This document shows positions 1 to 9,281 of a stretch of DNA of 64,000 bases, piece by piece; within the stretch, counting starts at the first letter, position 1, and each line of letters opens with the position of its first letter. The position numbers and the translations under genes are program-made. Source of the stretch: a virus (Duplodnaviria; Caudoviricetes). Below the pieces are notes generated by a model that was given only the letters and a program-made list of their open reading frames with translations, ran no database searches and was not told the origin of the DNA. The stretch is taken from positions 64,001-128,000 of the IMG/VR virus record IMGVR_UViG_3300014203_000001. One strand, written 5' to 3'.

Positions 1-1
1 T

Positions 2-334
2 ATAACTAATGACGATCTAGAAAAATTAGAAGCATTTTATACAAAATATAAAGCGTATGCTGATGCAATCGAAGTTATAATACTCCAAGATCAAAAAGAG
101 TTTGAAGAGAATGGTCCTTCTCTAGAAATTGAAAATAAAATAGATATGGAAAATATGACTCATAAAGAAGTTATCCAACACTGTAAAGAGCAATTAGAAG
201 AGATACCAACTGCAGGTAAGATATATAGAACTATTAGATCTACAGTTAATACATATATGTGTTTTACAGGTCGTCCAATGTTAGGGGAAACACAGGAAGA
301 ATTTGATGAATGGGGTGAATATAATGAAGATTGA
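2..334 (+). CDS. hypothetical protein, 5'-truncated by the window
   Basis: Frame is open from position 2 (ITNDDLEKLEAF...) through the listed 146..334 ORF to TGA. Confidence 0.75.
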   Translation: MTNDDLEKLEAFYTKYKAYADAIEVIILQDQKEFEENGPSLEIENKIDMENMTHKEVIQHCKEQLEEIPTAGKIYRTIRSTVNTYMCFTGRPMLGETQEEFDEWGEYNED

Positions 335-1862
335 GATAGGCGATGTATGGTATTTAAAATTTCCATATGATGAGAATGATGGAAGATTTAAGGACAGACC
401 TGGAGTGGTTGTAGATGAGTTACCAAATGACATATATGTTGTAGTAAAATGTACATCTAAACCTAAAAAAAGAACACCTTTTGATTACACGCTTAAAGAT
501 CCAGAAATTGCTAATTTAGCTAAAAGTGGTAACATTAGGTGCGATAACGATTTAAAAATAAAAATACGAGATTTTAGAAGAAAAAAAGGAGTTATATCTG
601 ATATTGATATGCCTGAAATAACCAGACTATATAAGGAAGCGATAGCTCAGGAAGGTCATCAATCTATGGTGCTTGAAGAGTTCTTTAGTAACGATGATGA
701 TACTTATCCAATTAACGAAGATGACCATATTGTTCCTCTCAACAATATGGTCCAGGAACAAGTTGCTAAACCTGGATATAGCTTCTTGGAAATATTAGAC
801 GAATCTGTAAACCTACAGAAGGTTTCAGAAAAGGATAAGAAGGATATAATGAATATTTATAATTCTTTATCCGAACAAGAAAAGAAATCTATGGGAGGGA
901 GATTTGCGAATTCCCCTAATATTGCTTTTAGCAAAGTATATAGAGAAGGATCAGTTCCAATGTCATTTGTTCAAGGATATGATTTTGGTAATGATGAAAT
1001 TGTAGTGGAAGTAGCATCAGCTACATATGCTAGAGGAGAAGGATATGCTTCTAAAGGAGTATATGAATTGACATCTTTTGCTAAAAGCAATGGGTATAAT
1101 AGAATAGTTTATCTAGTAAAAGAAGATAATGAAGCATCTATCACTTTGGCTGAAAGTGCTGGGTTTGAATGTGATGGTAAAGAGCGTAGTCGTTTTATCT
1201 ATGCAATGCAACTAACCAAACCAGTAAAAGAAAATATGGCTATGGGTGGAATGAATCCTATACCATCACCAACTAGAGCAATATGTATTACTCAGTATGG
1301 ATATAGAAATACTAGTTGTAAAGATGAAGTAGAAGGATATGCTATTCATAATGATATCATTACAGATAAGATTCTTACTGTAGACGAGTATGGTGTACTT
1401 AGAATTAGAGAGAATTCTTTTTTAGAAGGAAGAAATATTGCGATATATAAGTACGTAAAAGAAGATCTTAAAGGATATCATAAAATCTTGAAATCTGTAA
1501 ACAAGCAAGTTTATAGAGAATTCATATATGAAACTCTTACTGGTAAACGACTTCTATGCGACGATCAGATTATATGCGATGAATGTTTTACAGAGATATC
1601 TTTCGCTAAGATAGTCGCAGAACAGACATCTGCAATTCAAACTATAATAGATCAGTATAAGGAAATTATAGGCGAGACCGTAATTAGACTTCCTTTATTA
1701 ATCAAAGAAGATATCAATGCAGCGTCTAAATTACTAAAAGGAAATCGTACTATTAAAGTATTTGAAAATTTAAACGGATACTTTGCGGAGAATGCGTTAA
1801 CTAGACAACGAACTGGATACTATAAGAAGGTAAAAGATATTCAAATAGAGGTGATAATGTAG
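324..1862 (+). CDS. multidomain putative head protein: PemK/MazF-like domain + GNAT acetyltransferase + C-terminal unknown domain
   Basis: GGGGTG RBS then ATG 324. N-term GDVWYLKFPY..KDRPGVVV..VVVKCTS is the PemK/MazF pattern; ARGEGYAS..VKEDNEASITLAESAGF is the GNAT pattern; xxE|S/N motifs sit at domain borders. Confidence 0.75.
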   Translation: MKIEIGDVWYLKFPYDENDGRFKDRPGVVVDELPNDIYVVVKCTSKPKKRTPFDYTLKDPEIANLAKSGNIRCDNDLKIKIRDFRRKKGVISDIDMPEITRLYKEAIAQEGHQSMVLEEFFSNDDDTYPINEDDHIVPLNNMVQEQVAKPGYSFLEILDESVNLQKVSEKDKKDIMNIYNSLSEQEKKSMGGRFANSPNIAFSKVYREGSVPMSFVQGYDFGNDEIVVEVASATYARGEGYASKGVYELTSFAKSNGYNRIVYLVKEDNEASITLAESAGFECDGKERSRFIYAMQLTKPVKENMAMGGMNPIPSPTRAICITQYGYRNTSCKDEVEGYAIHNDIITDKILTVDEYGVLRIRENSFLEGRNIAIYKYVKEDLKGYHKILKSVNKQVYREFIYETLTGKRLLCDDQIICDECFTEISFAKIVAEQTSAIQTIIDQYKEIIGETVIRLPLLIKEDINAASKLLKGNRTIKVFENLNGYFAENALTRQRTGYYKKVKDIQIEVIM

Positions 1863-4540
1863 TGAAGAATATAGAGAATGATGTTATAACATTTGATAAT
1901 CTGGATGATAGAGAAACAAAAGACTGGCGAGCAATTCGAGGTATTATTCTTCTATACAGTGGATATAAGACAGAAGGAGAATTACGAAGAGATTTCGAGA
2001 ACTTTATAGGAATGCCATTAGGTGACAGAAGAGAAAGTGATTGGAAATCTATAGATCTGTATGGTAGTAACAACACAGATAGATATAATAAGATGCTATC
2101 AGTGTTCTTAAAGAACGATATAGAAAATGATGATTTATATTCTAATTACTATGCTCCTGTGAGAGAATCTGCAGATGGGAATATTAGAATAGGATTCGTT
2201 GGCTATAGTGATTCAGTATTTGATGTGAACAAAGCTATAACTATTATTGAAAAAATATTTGTAAAAATATCTAAAATGTATGATAAAAATAAAGTAGAGA
2301 TTGTATCTGGATATACTAATTTAGGTATACCTAAATTAGTATATGAAAAAGCCAATGAATTAGGTTTTAAAACTGTTGGCATTGCTTGTAAAAAAGCTAA
2401 TGAATATGATGTATTTCCTTGCGATAAAGTAATTATTAAAGGAGAAGAATGGGGAGACGAATCTGAGACTTTCCTTAATTATATAGATGCGATATATAAA
2501 ATAGGAGGAGGTAAACAATCTGAGAGTGAATTTAAAAGCATGAAAAAAATGTCTAAACCAGCTATAGAATATAGATTAGATCGTATAGGAAAGCCAGTAA
2601 AAGAATCTGCAATGGAGAGAGCAGAAGAATGGAATAATAATAGTCTTAATAAGATCATTACTAAAGCTACTTCTTTAAAAGATCTAGAAACCCAATGGGA
2701 AAGATATCAAGCTATTCCTATTCATGATAGAAATAAGCTAGATACCACATCTACTGAGATATTTGGTATTAATAATACTGATCATTATAATTCTCAGAAG
2801 AGAGATTATGTAAAGAAAGATATAGAGAATCCAAAACCAGATGTATTATATACTATTACTAAAGAAGAAGCACTGTTAGAGTATGCTTCTAATACAGATC
2901 CTATTACTTCAGCTTTAACTTGTATTAGATTACAAGAATCTGCATATCCTAACTCTAAGATATTATGCGAGAAAGCAGAGAAAGAGTTAGATGATAAAAT
3001 AAGTATGGATAATATGATGGCAATGTCTATCACTCCATATTTTACCCCATCTCAAATGGAGAAGTTAGGATTATCTGTATTAGATGTAGGCGGTATGTAT
3101 AGTAATGAACCAGACAATGTTATTATAGGAGATATATCTACTAAAGAATGGTTTCTAGAGTACAAGAACCGATTTAATGGATATGACGATACATCCTATA
3201 CTAGTCAATCCGCATGGGTAGAATCTATGAAAAAACTATACTCTGATTATGAGGATATAAAGGAATCTGGAGACATAAATAAGATAAATAGTAGAAAGCA
3301 ATCTATCTTAGATTTAGGATGGAATCCAGAAATAGATTTTAATGAGGAAACTAGAATATTAGCAACCAATCGTATAAATTCCATACTCAACGAAGAATAC
3401 TCTAGATATAGAATTATAGATATAGAACAAAGTGTTTCTCTTATGAATGAAAACTTTGTATATAACGAATCAGAAAATGGTCCTAAGATCAAACCCATCT
3501 TTGTAGTATTCTTTAATACGAAGAACTTATTCAATAAGATCGCTAGGCTTGTAGATAAATCTGTATATAGCCACGTATCTATATCATTTAATCCTTCTTT
3601 AAAAACTCTATATAGTTTTGATGCTAAGCATGGTGGATTCCATACTGAGTATCTAAAAGACTTTATAGAAGAAGGAAATGTAAAAGCTATACAAGTATTT
3701 TGTACTTTTGTAGATGAAGAAAGATATCATAAGATGAAGAATAGAATTTCTAATTTTCATAAGGATAAAGAACAACGAGGATATTCATTCCTTAATCTAA
3801 TAACTATTCCGCTAAAGATAAACTATATAAACCAATCTAAAATGGTTTGTTCTCAGTTTGTAGATAGTATGCTTAAATTAGCAGATCTGGATACTACTCA
3901 TATGGTATCTAGTATAATATCTCCTGGTAATCTGAATAGACATATTAAGAAGTTTAAAGGGGATATGTATAAGATATTTACAGGCGATCCTAAGAATTAC
4001 AATACTAATAAAGTAGGAGAGTTTATAAATAATCTAACCTCTGTTATACAAACTCATACAGAGTCTTCTGTATTAAATTCTTTTTTATCAGTAAATCCTA
4101 TTAGAGAAGAATTTGGTATTCAGTTTACTGATGATGGGGATTTGTTAATCTCTAAAGGAAAAGATATAGACTTCGAAGGTGAATATTCTAGATGTCATAT
4201 GGCATTAATGGAATATGATAAAGCTAAGAATACAGAAGCTATGAAGTACTGTATATGTAAACTATGGTATCTTAATATTATACTAGAAGAAAGAATCAAT
4301 GAGGAGAATTCTAGTAAAGATAAAGATAGAGAAAAACTAAAATCTTATCATAAAGCTAGAGCTAAGATATTGAATGATATTAAGACCTATATGAAAAGAG
4401 TACAGAGATTAGATAAAGATTTTGATATAATTAAAGAATATAACGATAGCCCATTTAATGATAAGAATATCAGAATAAGAAGATCTACTATACTATATGC
4501 TATAGAGCTAGCTAAAAGACTAATAGGAATAAAGAGGTGA
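1862..4540 (+). CDS. multidomain putative head protein with SLOG-like and permuted papain-like (YiiX-type NlpC/P60) domains
   Basis: IGFVGYS..IVSGYTNLGIP..IGGGKQSESE (SLOG); YSHVSI..YSF..MVCSQFV (His before Cys, permuted papain); internal repeat ..YG/FG-x-NNTD-x-YN..KNDIEN/KKDIEN. Confidence 0.7.
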   Translation: MKNIENDVITFDNLDDRETKDWRAIRGIILLYSGYKTEGELRRDFENFIGMPLGDRRESDWKSIDLYGSNNTDRYNKMLSVFLKNDIENDDLYSNYYAPVRESADGNIRIGFVGYSDSVFDVNKAITIIEKIFVKISKMYDKNKVEIVSGYTNLGIPKLVYEKANELGFKTVGIACKKANEYDVFPCDKVIIKGEEWGDESETFLNYIDAIYKIGGGKQSESEFKSMKKMSKPAIEYRLDRIGKPVKESAMERAEEWNNNSLNKIITKATSLKDLETQWERYQAIPIHDRNKLDTTSTEIFGINNTDHYNSQKRDYVKKDIENPKPDVLYTITKEEALLEYASNTDPITSALTCIRLQESAYPNSKILCEKAEKELDDKISMDNMMAMSITPYFTPSQMEKLGLSVLDVGGMYSNEPDNVIIGDISTKEWFLEYKNRFNGYDDTSYTSQSAWVESMKKLYSDYEDIKESGDINKINSRKQSILDLGWNPEIDFNEETRILATNRINSILNEEYSRYRIIDIEQSVSLMNENFVYNESENGPKIKPIFVVFFNTKNLFNKIARLVDKSVYSHVSISFNPSLKTLYSFDAKHGGFHTEYLKDFIEEGNVKAIQVFCTFVDEERYHKMKNRISNFHKDKEQRGYSFLNLITIPLKINYINQSKMVCSQFVDSMLKLADLDTTHMVSSIISPGNLNRHIKKFKGDMYKIFTGDPKNYNTNKVGEFINNLTSVIQTHTESSVLNSFLSVNPIREEFGIQFTDDGDLLISKGKDIDFEGEYSRCHMALMEYDKAKNTEAMKYCICKLWYLNIILEERINEENSSKDKDREKLKSYHKARAKILNDIKTYMKRVQRLDKDFDIIKEYNDSPFNDKNIRIRRSTILYAIELAKRLIGIKR

Positions 4541-4545
4541 TAAAT

Positions 4546-4620
4546 ATGATTAAGAAGATTAAAGAATGGGTGTTATCATTGTACTTACTTTTTATTTACT
4601 TTAAAAATAGTGGAAGATAA
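4546..4620 (+). CDS. 24-aa hydrophobic peptide
   Basis: GAGGTG RBS; MIKKIKEWVLSLYLLFIYFKNSGR*; lies just before a terminator hairpin. Confidence 0.45.
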   Translation: MIKKIKEWVLSLYLLFIYFKNSGR

Positions 4621-4626
4621 ATTAAT

Positions 4627-4660
4627 ATATAAGAGGTATCTATTATGATACCTCTTATAT
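4627..4660. terminator. intergenic stem-loop
   Basis: atataagaggtatc-tattat-gatacctcttatat, 14-bp stem. Confidence 0.7.
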
Positions 4661-4718
4661 TGATTCTTATAACCGAATATACAATATTGTAAAAGGATGA
4701 GAGAGGGGTTTTAATAAT

Positions 4719-5645
4719 ATGAAGAAGAAAAATAATACTGTTCCTATTGGAACCAAATTTTACAAGTATACTGAGGAAGATGAACTAGAAGTTATAAGAA
4801 TTCTTAAAGTTGGTAATTATCCTATCAATGGTAAAGTTGTGAATAATAGCTATATAGTTTCTATTGAAGGAGCTAATAGCCAAACATATAAATCAGATGA
4901 TGACCTCCATGAATATACTTTATTAAGAGCAGATGCTATATATAACTTTGCTCTTGTAGTTAATGCTGAAGATAATGTAAAGCTATGTGATGTTGTAGTC
5001 CTAATGGCTAAGAAGAATGATAAAGAACCTTATGTTATTTGTAGACAGATGATGAGTAATCTGTTTCACGAGATGTTAAATCCAGACCATGCAGCACTAG
5101 GATTGAGTTTGTCTCAAGATACTTGTCCAGCAGACATAAATATGAAATCGATGCTTATTTGTCATAAGCTAATTAAAACAGTTACGATAAATGGATACTT
5201 AGATGATACTCCAGATACTATTCTACAATTGGCTAATAGATTTACTATCCAAGCAGATAAAGTTCTAGAGAAACAAAAACAACAATTGAAGAATTCATAT
5301 GTAGGATTATGTGGTTCGACAAAAGAACTACTATTCAAGAATGGCTTCTGGGAAGACGTAGATAAAGGTTTAAATATTATTGTACTAAATGATAATATAG
5401 AAAATTGTTCCCTTAGTGGAGAACAATTAATTTATCTAGAGAACCATATCTCCTATATAATGAATGACATTCATGTTATCGAGTATGGTCATGATGTAGA
5501 CTTCACTAAAATTAAGACTGATTATATGCTAATCAGGGATCTGAATCAAAAGTTGTATTTAATAAACTACTTACGTGGTAGTTTTATAAAACAAGAACAT
5601 TTGAGTGAAGAAGAAATGCAAAAATTTACCTCTATAAAAATATAA
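4719..5645 (+). CDS. hypothetical protein
   Basis: 308-aa ORF, GAGGGG RBS, ACA-N6-TA at 4681-4691. Confidence 0.85.
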   Translation: MKKKNNTVPIGTKFYKYTEEDELEVIRILKVGNYPINGKVVNNSYIVSIEGANSQTYKSDDDLHEYTLLRADAIYNFALVVNAEDNVKLCDVVVLMAKKNDKEPYVICRQMMSNLFHEMLNPDHAALGLSLSQDTCPADINMKSMLICHKLIKTVTINGYLDDTPDTILQLANRFTIQADKVLEKQKQQLKNSYVGLCGSTKELLFKNGFWEDVDKGLNIIVLNDNIENCSLSGEQLIYLENHISYIMNDIHVIEYGHDVDFTKIKTDYMLIRDLNQKLYLINYLRGSFIKQEHLSEEEMQKFTSIKI

Positions 5646-5650
5646 TCAAG

Positions 5651-5669
5651 TATATATTATAGAGATGAA
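5651..5669 (+). promoter_or_regulatory. putative early (virion RNAP) promoter
   Basis: TATATATTAT-AGAGA-TGAA; motif occurs 10 times upstream of genes. Confidence 0.7.
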
Positions 5670-5728
5670 TAAATATGCTGGTAACTTTAATTAGGTAACA
5701 GCAAATAAAAACAAAGGGGAAATTTACA

Positions 5729-6559
5729 ATGGCTAGAAACTTTTACGAAAGAGGAAGACAAAAACAGGAGCGTTATGAAAGCACAACTAATGGAGTTGGG
5801 GTTGGAGTAACGCCTGAAGGTAAACCAGTTGATGAGACTAGAGTACCTTCAAAGATCGCAATCAAATCAATTGAAATGGAAGGAACTTTTACATCTAAGC
5901 TTATCACATCTCAAAAACTTTGTGCTATGATTAATAAAGTAATGAAAGGCGTAAGCCCAGATTATGATGGTTCCAGAATCACAATCAGTGGATTTAAAGT
6001 AATTTGTGAGTTATTCTTTGCAGAAAACCCACATGTTCAACCTCGTGAGAATCAAATCAAAATCATCCAACACCGTGACACAGCTTATGGCTCTGGTAGA
6101 TTGAAAGACTTATCTACAATGATTGATCGTCATAATAATAGAAATAGAAGTCTTTCTATGTATGAACTAACTCAAAGTGGTAAAGAAGCTCTATCTGAAT
6201 TCTTACCATATGAGTATATCATCAATCGTGAAAAAGGAATCTATGATTGGAATAAAGCTGCAGTGCAAGATGTAGAACAAACTAACTTTGCAGGTCAAAA
6301 CAAGATCCTGTTAAAAGTACAATTTGATTTACAGAAATTCTTACAAAAGCTGTATGGATTTAAAGCTAGCGATGGCTCTCGTTATATTTATGAAGTAAAT
6401 GTAATGAAACCATTAGATGCTATCAAACTTCCAAATGGTAATATTGTTGCTACCAAATGGCAGTTAAACGTCCTACAAATGGATGAGCAAAATCTTACTA
6501 CTGCTTATGAAGAAAGCGGTCTAAGCCCATTACAAAATACGTTGAATATTATCCGCTAA
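5729..6559 (+). CDS. hypothetical early protein
   Basis: 276-aa ORF with RBS, between an early promoter and a hairpin. Confidence 0.9.
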   Translation: MARNFYERGRQKQERYESTTNGVGVGVTPEGKPVDETRVPSKIAIKSIEMEGTFTSKLITSQKLCAMINKVMKGVSPDYDGSRITISGFKVICELFFAENPHVQPRENQIKIIQHRDTAYGSGRLKDLSTMIDRHNNRNRSLSMYELTQSGKEALSEFLPYEYIINREKGIYDWNKAAVQDVEQTNFAGQNKILLKVQFDLQKFLQKLYGFKASDGSRYIYEVNVMKPLDAIKLPNGNIVATKWQLNVLQMDEQNLTTAYEESGLSPLQNTLNIIR

Positions 6560-6566
6560 GAGAACA

Positions 6567-6602
6567 TATATGCAGGAGTAGTTAATTCTACTCCTGCATA
6601 TA
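6567..6602. terminator. stem-loop terminator
   Basis: tatatgcaggagtag-ttaatt-ctactcctgcatata followed by a T-rich tract. Confidence 0.75.
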
Positions 6603-6630
6603 AATTATTTTTTATGGAGGGTATATAAAT

Positions 6631-7023
6631 ATGGCTAAGGATACTAGTAATTTTAAATATACTGTAAATGAAGAGGTAGATGAGATAGTAGATGAAAAAG
6701 GTAATACTGCTATCTTATTTAGAAAGCTAGCTTGGGGTGAAGGTCAAGAGAAGTTAGAGATAAGAAAATGGTATGTTAATATTGATGGGGAAACTCCATC
6801 TAAAGGCGTTACTTTCTTAACAGAAGATGGTCCTCATAATCTAGTTCATGTATTTGCTAAGAAAGGCTTTGGTGATACAGAAACTATTCTCAATACTCTA
6901 AAAGAAAGAGATGATTTTGAAGAGGCTCTTTCTAATGTAATTGGTAAAAAGAAAGTAAAAGCTATCAAAGAACAGGATTCATCTGAGGTACAATACTATG
7001 ATCCTAAGGAAATGCTGGGGTGA
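6631..7023 (+). CDS. PC4/YdbC-like ssDNA-binding protein
   Basis: RKLAWGEGQEKLEIRKW..PSKGVTFLT resembles the YdbC/PC4 pattern lnlvsWng...k.DIR.W....gKGITLT. Confidence 0.65.
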   Translation: MAKDTSNFKYTVNEEVDEIVDEKGNTAILFRKLAWGEGQEKLEIRKWYVNIDGETPSKGVTFLTEDGPHNLVHVFAKKGFGDTETILNTLKERDDFEEALSNVIGKKKVKAIKEQDSSEVQYYDPKEMLG

Positions 7024-7029
7024 TTATAA

Positions 7030-7437
7030 ATGGCTATAGATAATGCAGACTTTGGTGGGTCTAAAGAAGGACCATTTAACCAATTTGCTTTGTGTCATTA
7101 TACAGAGAATAGCTGTAAGTATAAAGACGTAAATGGATATTGTATATTTGAGAACTGTGTTGTAGATGGAACTAATCCGCCCGCTGTATTGCTACACTAT
7201 TATGAGTGTATTATATGTAAGAATGTGGATTGCTGTACTCCAATGGATCTGAAAGCTCATATATGCACTCATTGTTTAGAAAGAATACAAGCGGCAGAAG
7301 TATTACCTCATACATGTAGATGGTGCGGAGCTTCGGTCGATACCCCACCAACTTGGATGTTCTCTGGTTTATGCGAAGAATGTTTAGGAAGATTAAAAAG
7401 AGCAGCATGGGAGCATGATTTTAATGATTTACGATGA
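7030..7437 (+). CDS. Cys-rich zinc-binding protein
   Basis: Multiple CxxC pairs (CIIC, CTHC, CRWC, CEEC). Confidence 0.75.
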   Translation: MAIDNADFGGSKEGPFNQFALCHYTENSCKYKDVNGYCIFENCVVDGTNPPAVLLHYYECIICKNVDCCTPMDLKAHICTHCLERIQAAEVLPHTCRWCGASVDTPPTWMFSGLCEECLGRLKRAAWEHDFNDLR

Positions 7438-8479
7438 TAAGACTCCAATAGAATATGTATTATATGGACAGTTTATAAAGTATAATGCATTAAAGAATCT
7501 AGTTGGTTTAGAATTTGCAAACTCAGATGCGGACGAAGTAAATATATTCATAGATCTTAATCAGATGCTTTTACCAGCATTTAGATATCTTAAGATCCAA
7601 GATTATAACGTTATAAGTTCTGCTATTATAAACTACTGTGCTCATATGAGATCTTATTTTAGAACCAGGCATAGAGTAGAATCTAATATCATATTAGTAT
7701 ATACTAGAAATATGTCTGTTAATAATACTAAGTTCTGCTCAGAGTACAATAGCCAATACAGACTTAGAATGCAATCCAACGAGAAGATAATGGAAGCGGT
7801 AGATTATAATATAGATATCTTAAAAGTTCTATGCCCATATTTACCTGATATATATCTTAAACTAGGAACAGTAGAACCATCGGTTATAATTCATGATTTA
7901 GTATTGAATGAGTTTAATAATGGCAATCCAAATGTAGTTATATCAGCATCTCAATACGCTTATCAACTACCAGCTTTTACTCCAAATACTGTAGTGTTTA
8001 GGAAGAAGTTTACTAATAAAGAAGATACTTCTTATTCTTATAATCTCATAAACAGTATCAACGCTTATATTTATGAGACAAAGAATACAGTAGTGAATGA
8101 AGTTCTAAATACAAAAGCTATTAGTTTGGTAATGGTATTGAGTGGATTGCCTAAGAGAAATATCAAAAGTTTATTCGATATTAATAAGACTCTAAAGATT
8201 ATTCAAACTATTCCAGATAGTTGTCTTGGGGATATCGACGCAATGTATGGTTATATTAAATCATACTTAGATACAACTAAGTCTAAAGCTAATCTAGATT
8301 ATAATGAATTCTCTTGTAGATTTAAAGCGATAGACTTACAATATCAATATAGTATGTATGGATATCTACCAGAGTCGAAAGAACAATCTTATTTACAAAG
8401 GTTTAGTGACCCACAGACTGTAAGAGATATCAACGATAGATATTTCAGTACTGTACCTTTGGATCTAGAGAGATTATAA
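7424..8479 (+). CDS. FEN1/T4 RNase H-like (PIN-fold) protein, catalytic motifs degenerate
   Basis: IFIDLN..TVEPSVII..VVISAS..YQL..LSGLPKRNI follow the FEN motif order. Confidence 0.5.
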   Translation: MIYDDKTPIEYVLYGQFIKYNALKNLVGLEFANSDADEVNIFIDLNQMLLPAFRYLKIQDYNVISSAIINYCAHMRSYFRTRHRVESNIILVYTRNMSVNNTKFCSEYNSQYRLRMQSNEKIMEAVDYNIDILKVLCPYLPDIYLKLGTVEPSVIIHDLVLNEFNNGNPNVVISASQYAYQLPAFTPNTVVFRKKFTNKEDTSYSYNLINSINAYIYETKNTVVNEVLNTKAISLVMVLSGLPKRNIKSLFDINKTLKIIQTIPDSCLGDIDAMYGYIKSYLDTTKSKANLDYNEFSCRFKAIDLQYQYSMYGYLPESKEQSYLQRFSDPQTVRDINDRYFSTVPLDLERL

Positions 8480-8497
8480 AAATATATGGAGGCTAAA

Positions 8498-8974
8498 ATG
8501 ATTGTTAAAGCTTTAGTACTAGACGATATATATTATAAGTATGAAGAATTTGCTAAAAATATATACAAAGCAATGTATAAGAGCGAAAAATATAATAAAC
8601 TCAAATATATTAGACTGAAGATTAACAAAGACATTGGTTGCCCTCATGGTGTTAGTTATAAAAGCACAGTTACACTATTTTTACGCCAGATAATGTTAGA
8701 CAAAGGTAATATAATAGAAGAGGATATGAAAGGGTATATTGCCTTTGTTATAGCTCATGAGTTATCGCATCAATTGCAAGATATAAATATCAATTTGTAC
8801 CATACTGATATAAAGTATCGTAATTTTATCGAAGCTTCAGCTGACGTTGATGCCGCATCGTATTTAAAAGAAAACTACACTTCACTTACTAGAATAAGTA
8901 ATTTCTCTTTAAATATAATGCTAGATCAAGAAACAGCTGCTATAAATTATTTTAAACAATCTGGTAAATTGTAA
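8498..8974 (+). CDS. HExxH zincin-like metallopeptidase
   Basis: VIAHELSHQLQ followed by EASAD; GGAGG RBS before ATG 8498. Confidence 0.6.
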   Translation: MIVKALVLDDIYYKYEEFAKNIYKAMYKSEKYNKLKYIRLKINKDIGCPHGVSYKSTVTLFLRQIMLDKGNIIEEDMKGYIAFVIAHELSHQLQDININLYHTDIKYRNFIEASADVDAASYLKENYTSLTRISNFSLNIMLDQETAAINYFKQSGKL

Positions 8975-9013
8975 AGTTTAATTTACAAAATATTATTAGG
9001 TAGGCGTAAGATA

Positions 9014-9217
9014 ATGAACGACGATGAAATACTAGAAGATATAAGAAAAAAGATAATGACAATAATACCACGCAATGCTATTTCTAATAATATTGATTTG
9101 GTAAAATACTATGCAAATGATATTGCTAGCAGATATGGGTTAGAAGTAGCATCTATTGTCGATGGGGGAAACAAAGTATTTAGGATTACTTTAGTTCCAA
9201 AAAGAATAAAAGTATAA
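9014..9217 (+). CDS. hypothetical protein
   Basis: 67-aa ORF in operon, followed by a terminator. Confidence 0.65.
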   Translation: MNDDEILEDIRKKIMTIIPRNAISNNIDLVKYYANDIASRYGLEVASIVDGGNKVFRITLVPKRIKV

Positions 9218-9229
9218 TTCAAAACATAC

Positions 9230-9255
9230 AAGGTAATAGGGAAACCTATTACCTT
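9230..9255 (+). terminator. intrinsic terminator
   Basis: aaggtaatagg-GAAA-cctattacctt plus T tract. Confidence 0.75.
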
Positions 9256-9281
9256 TATTTTTTATAAGGAGGAGATAATCA

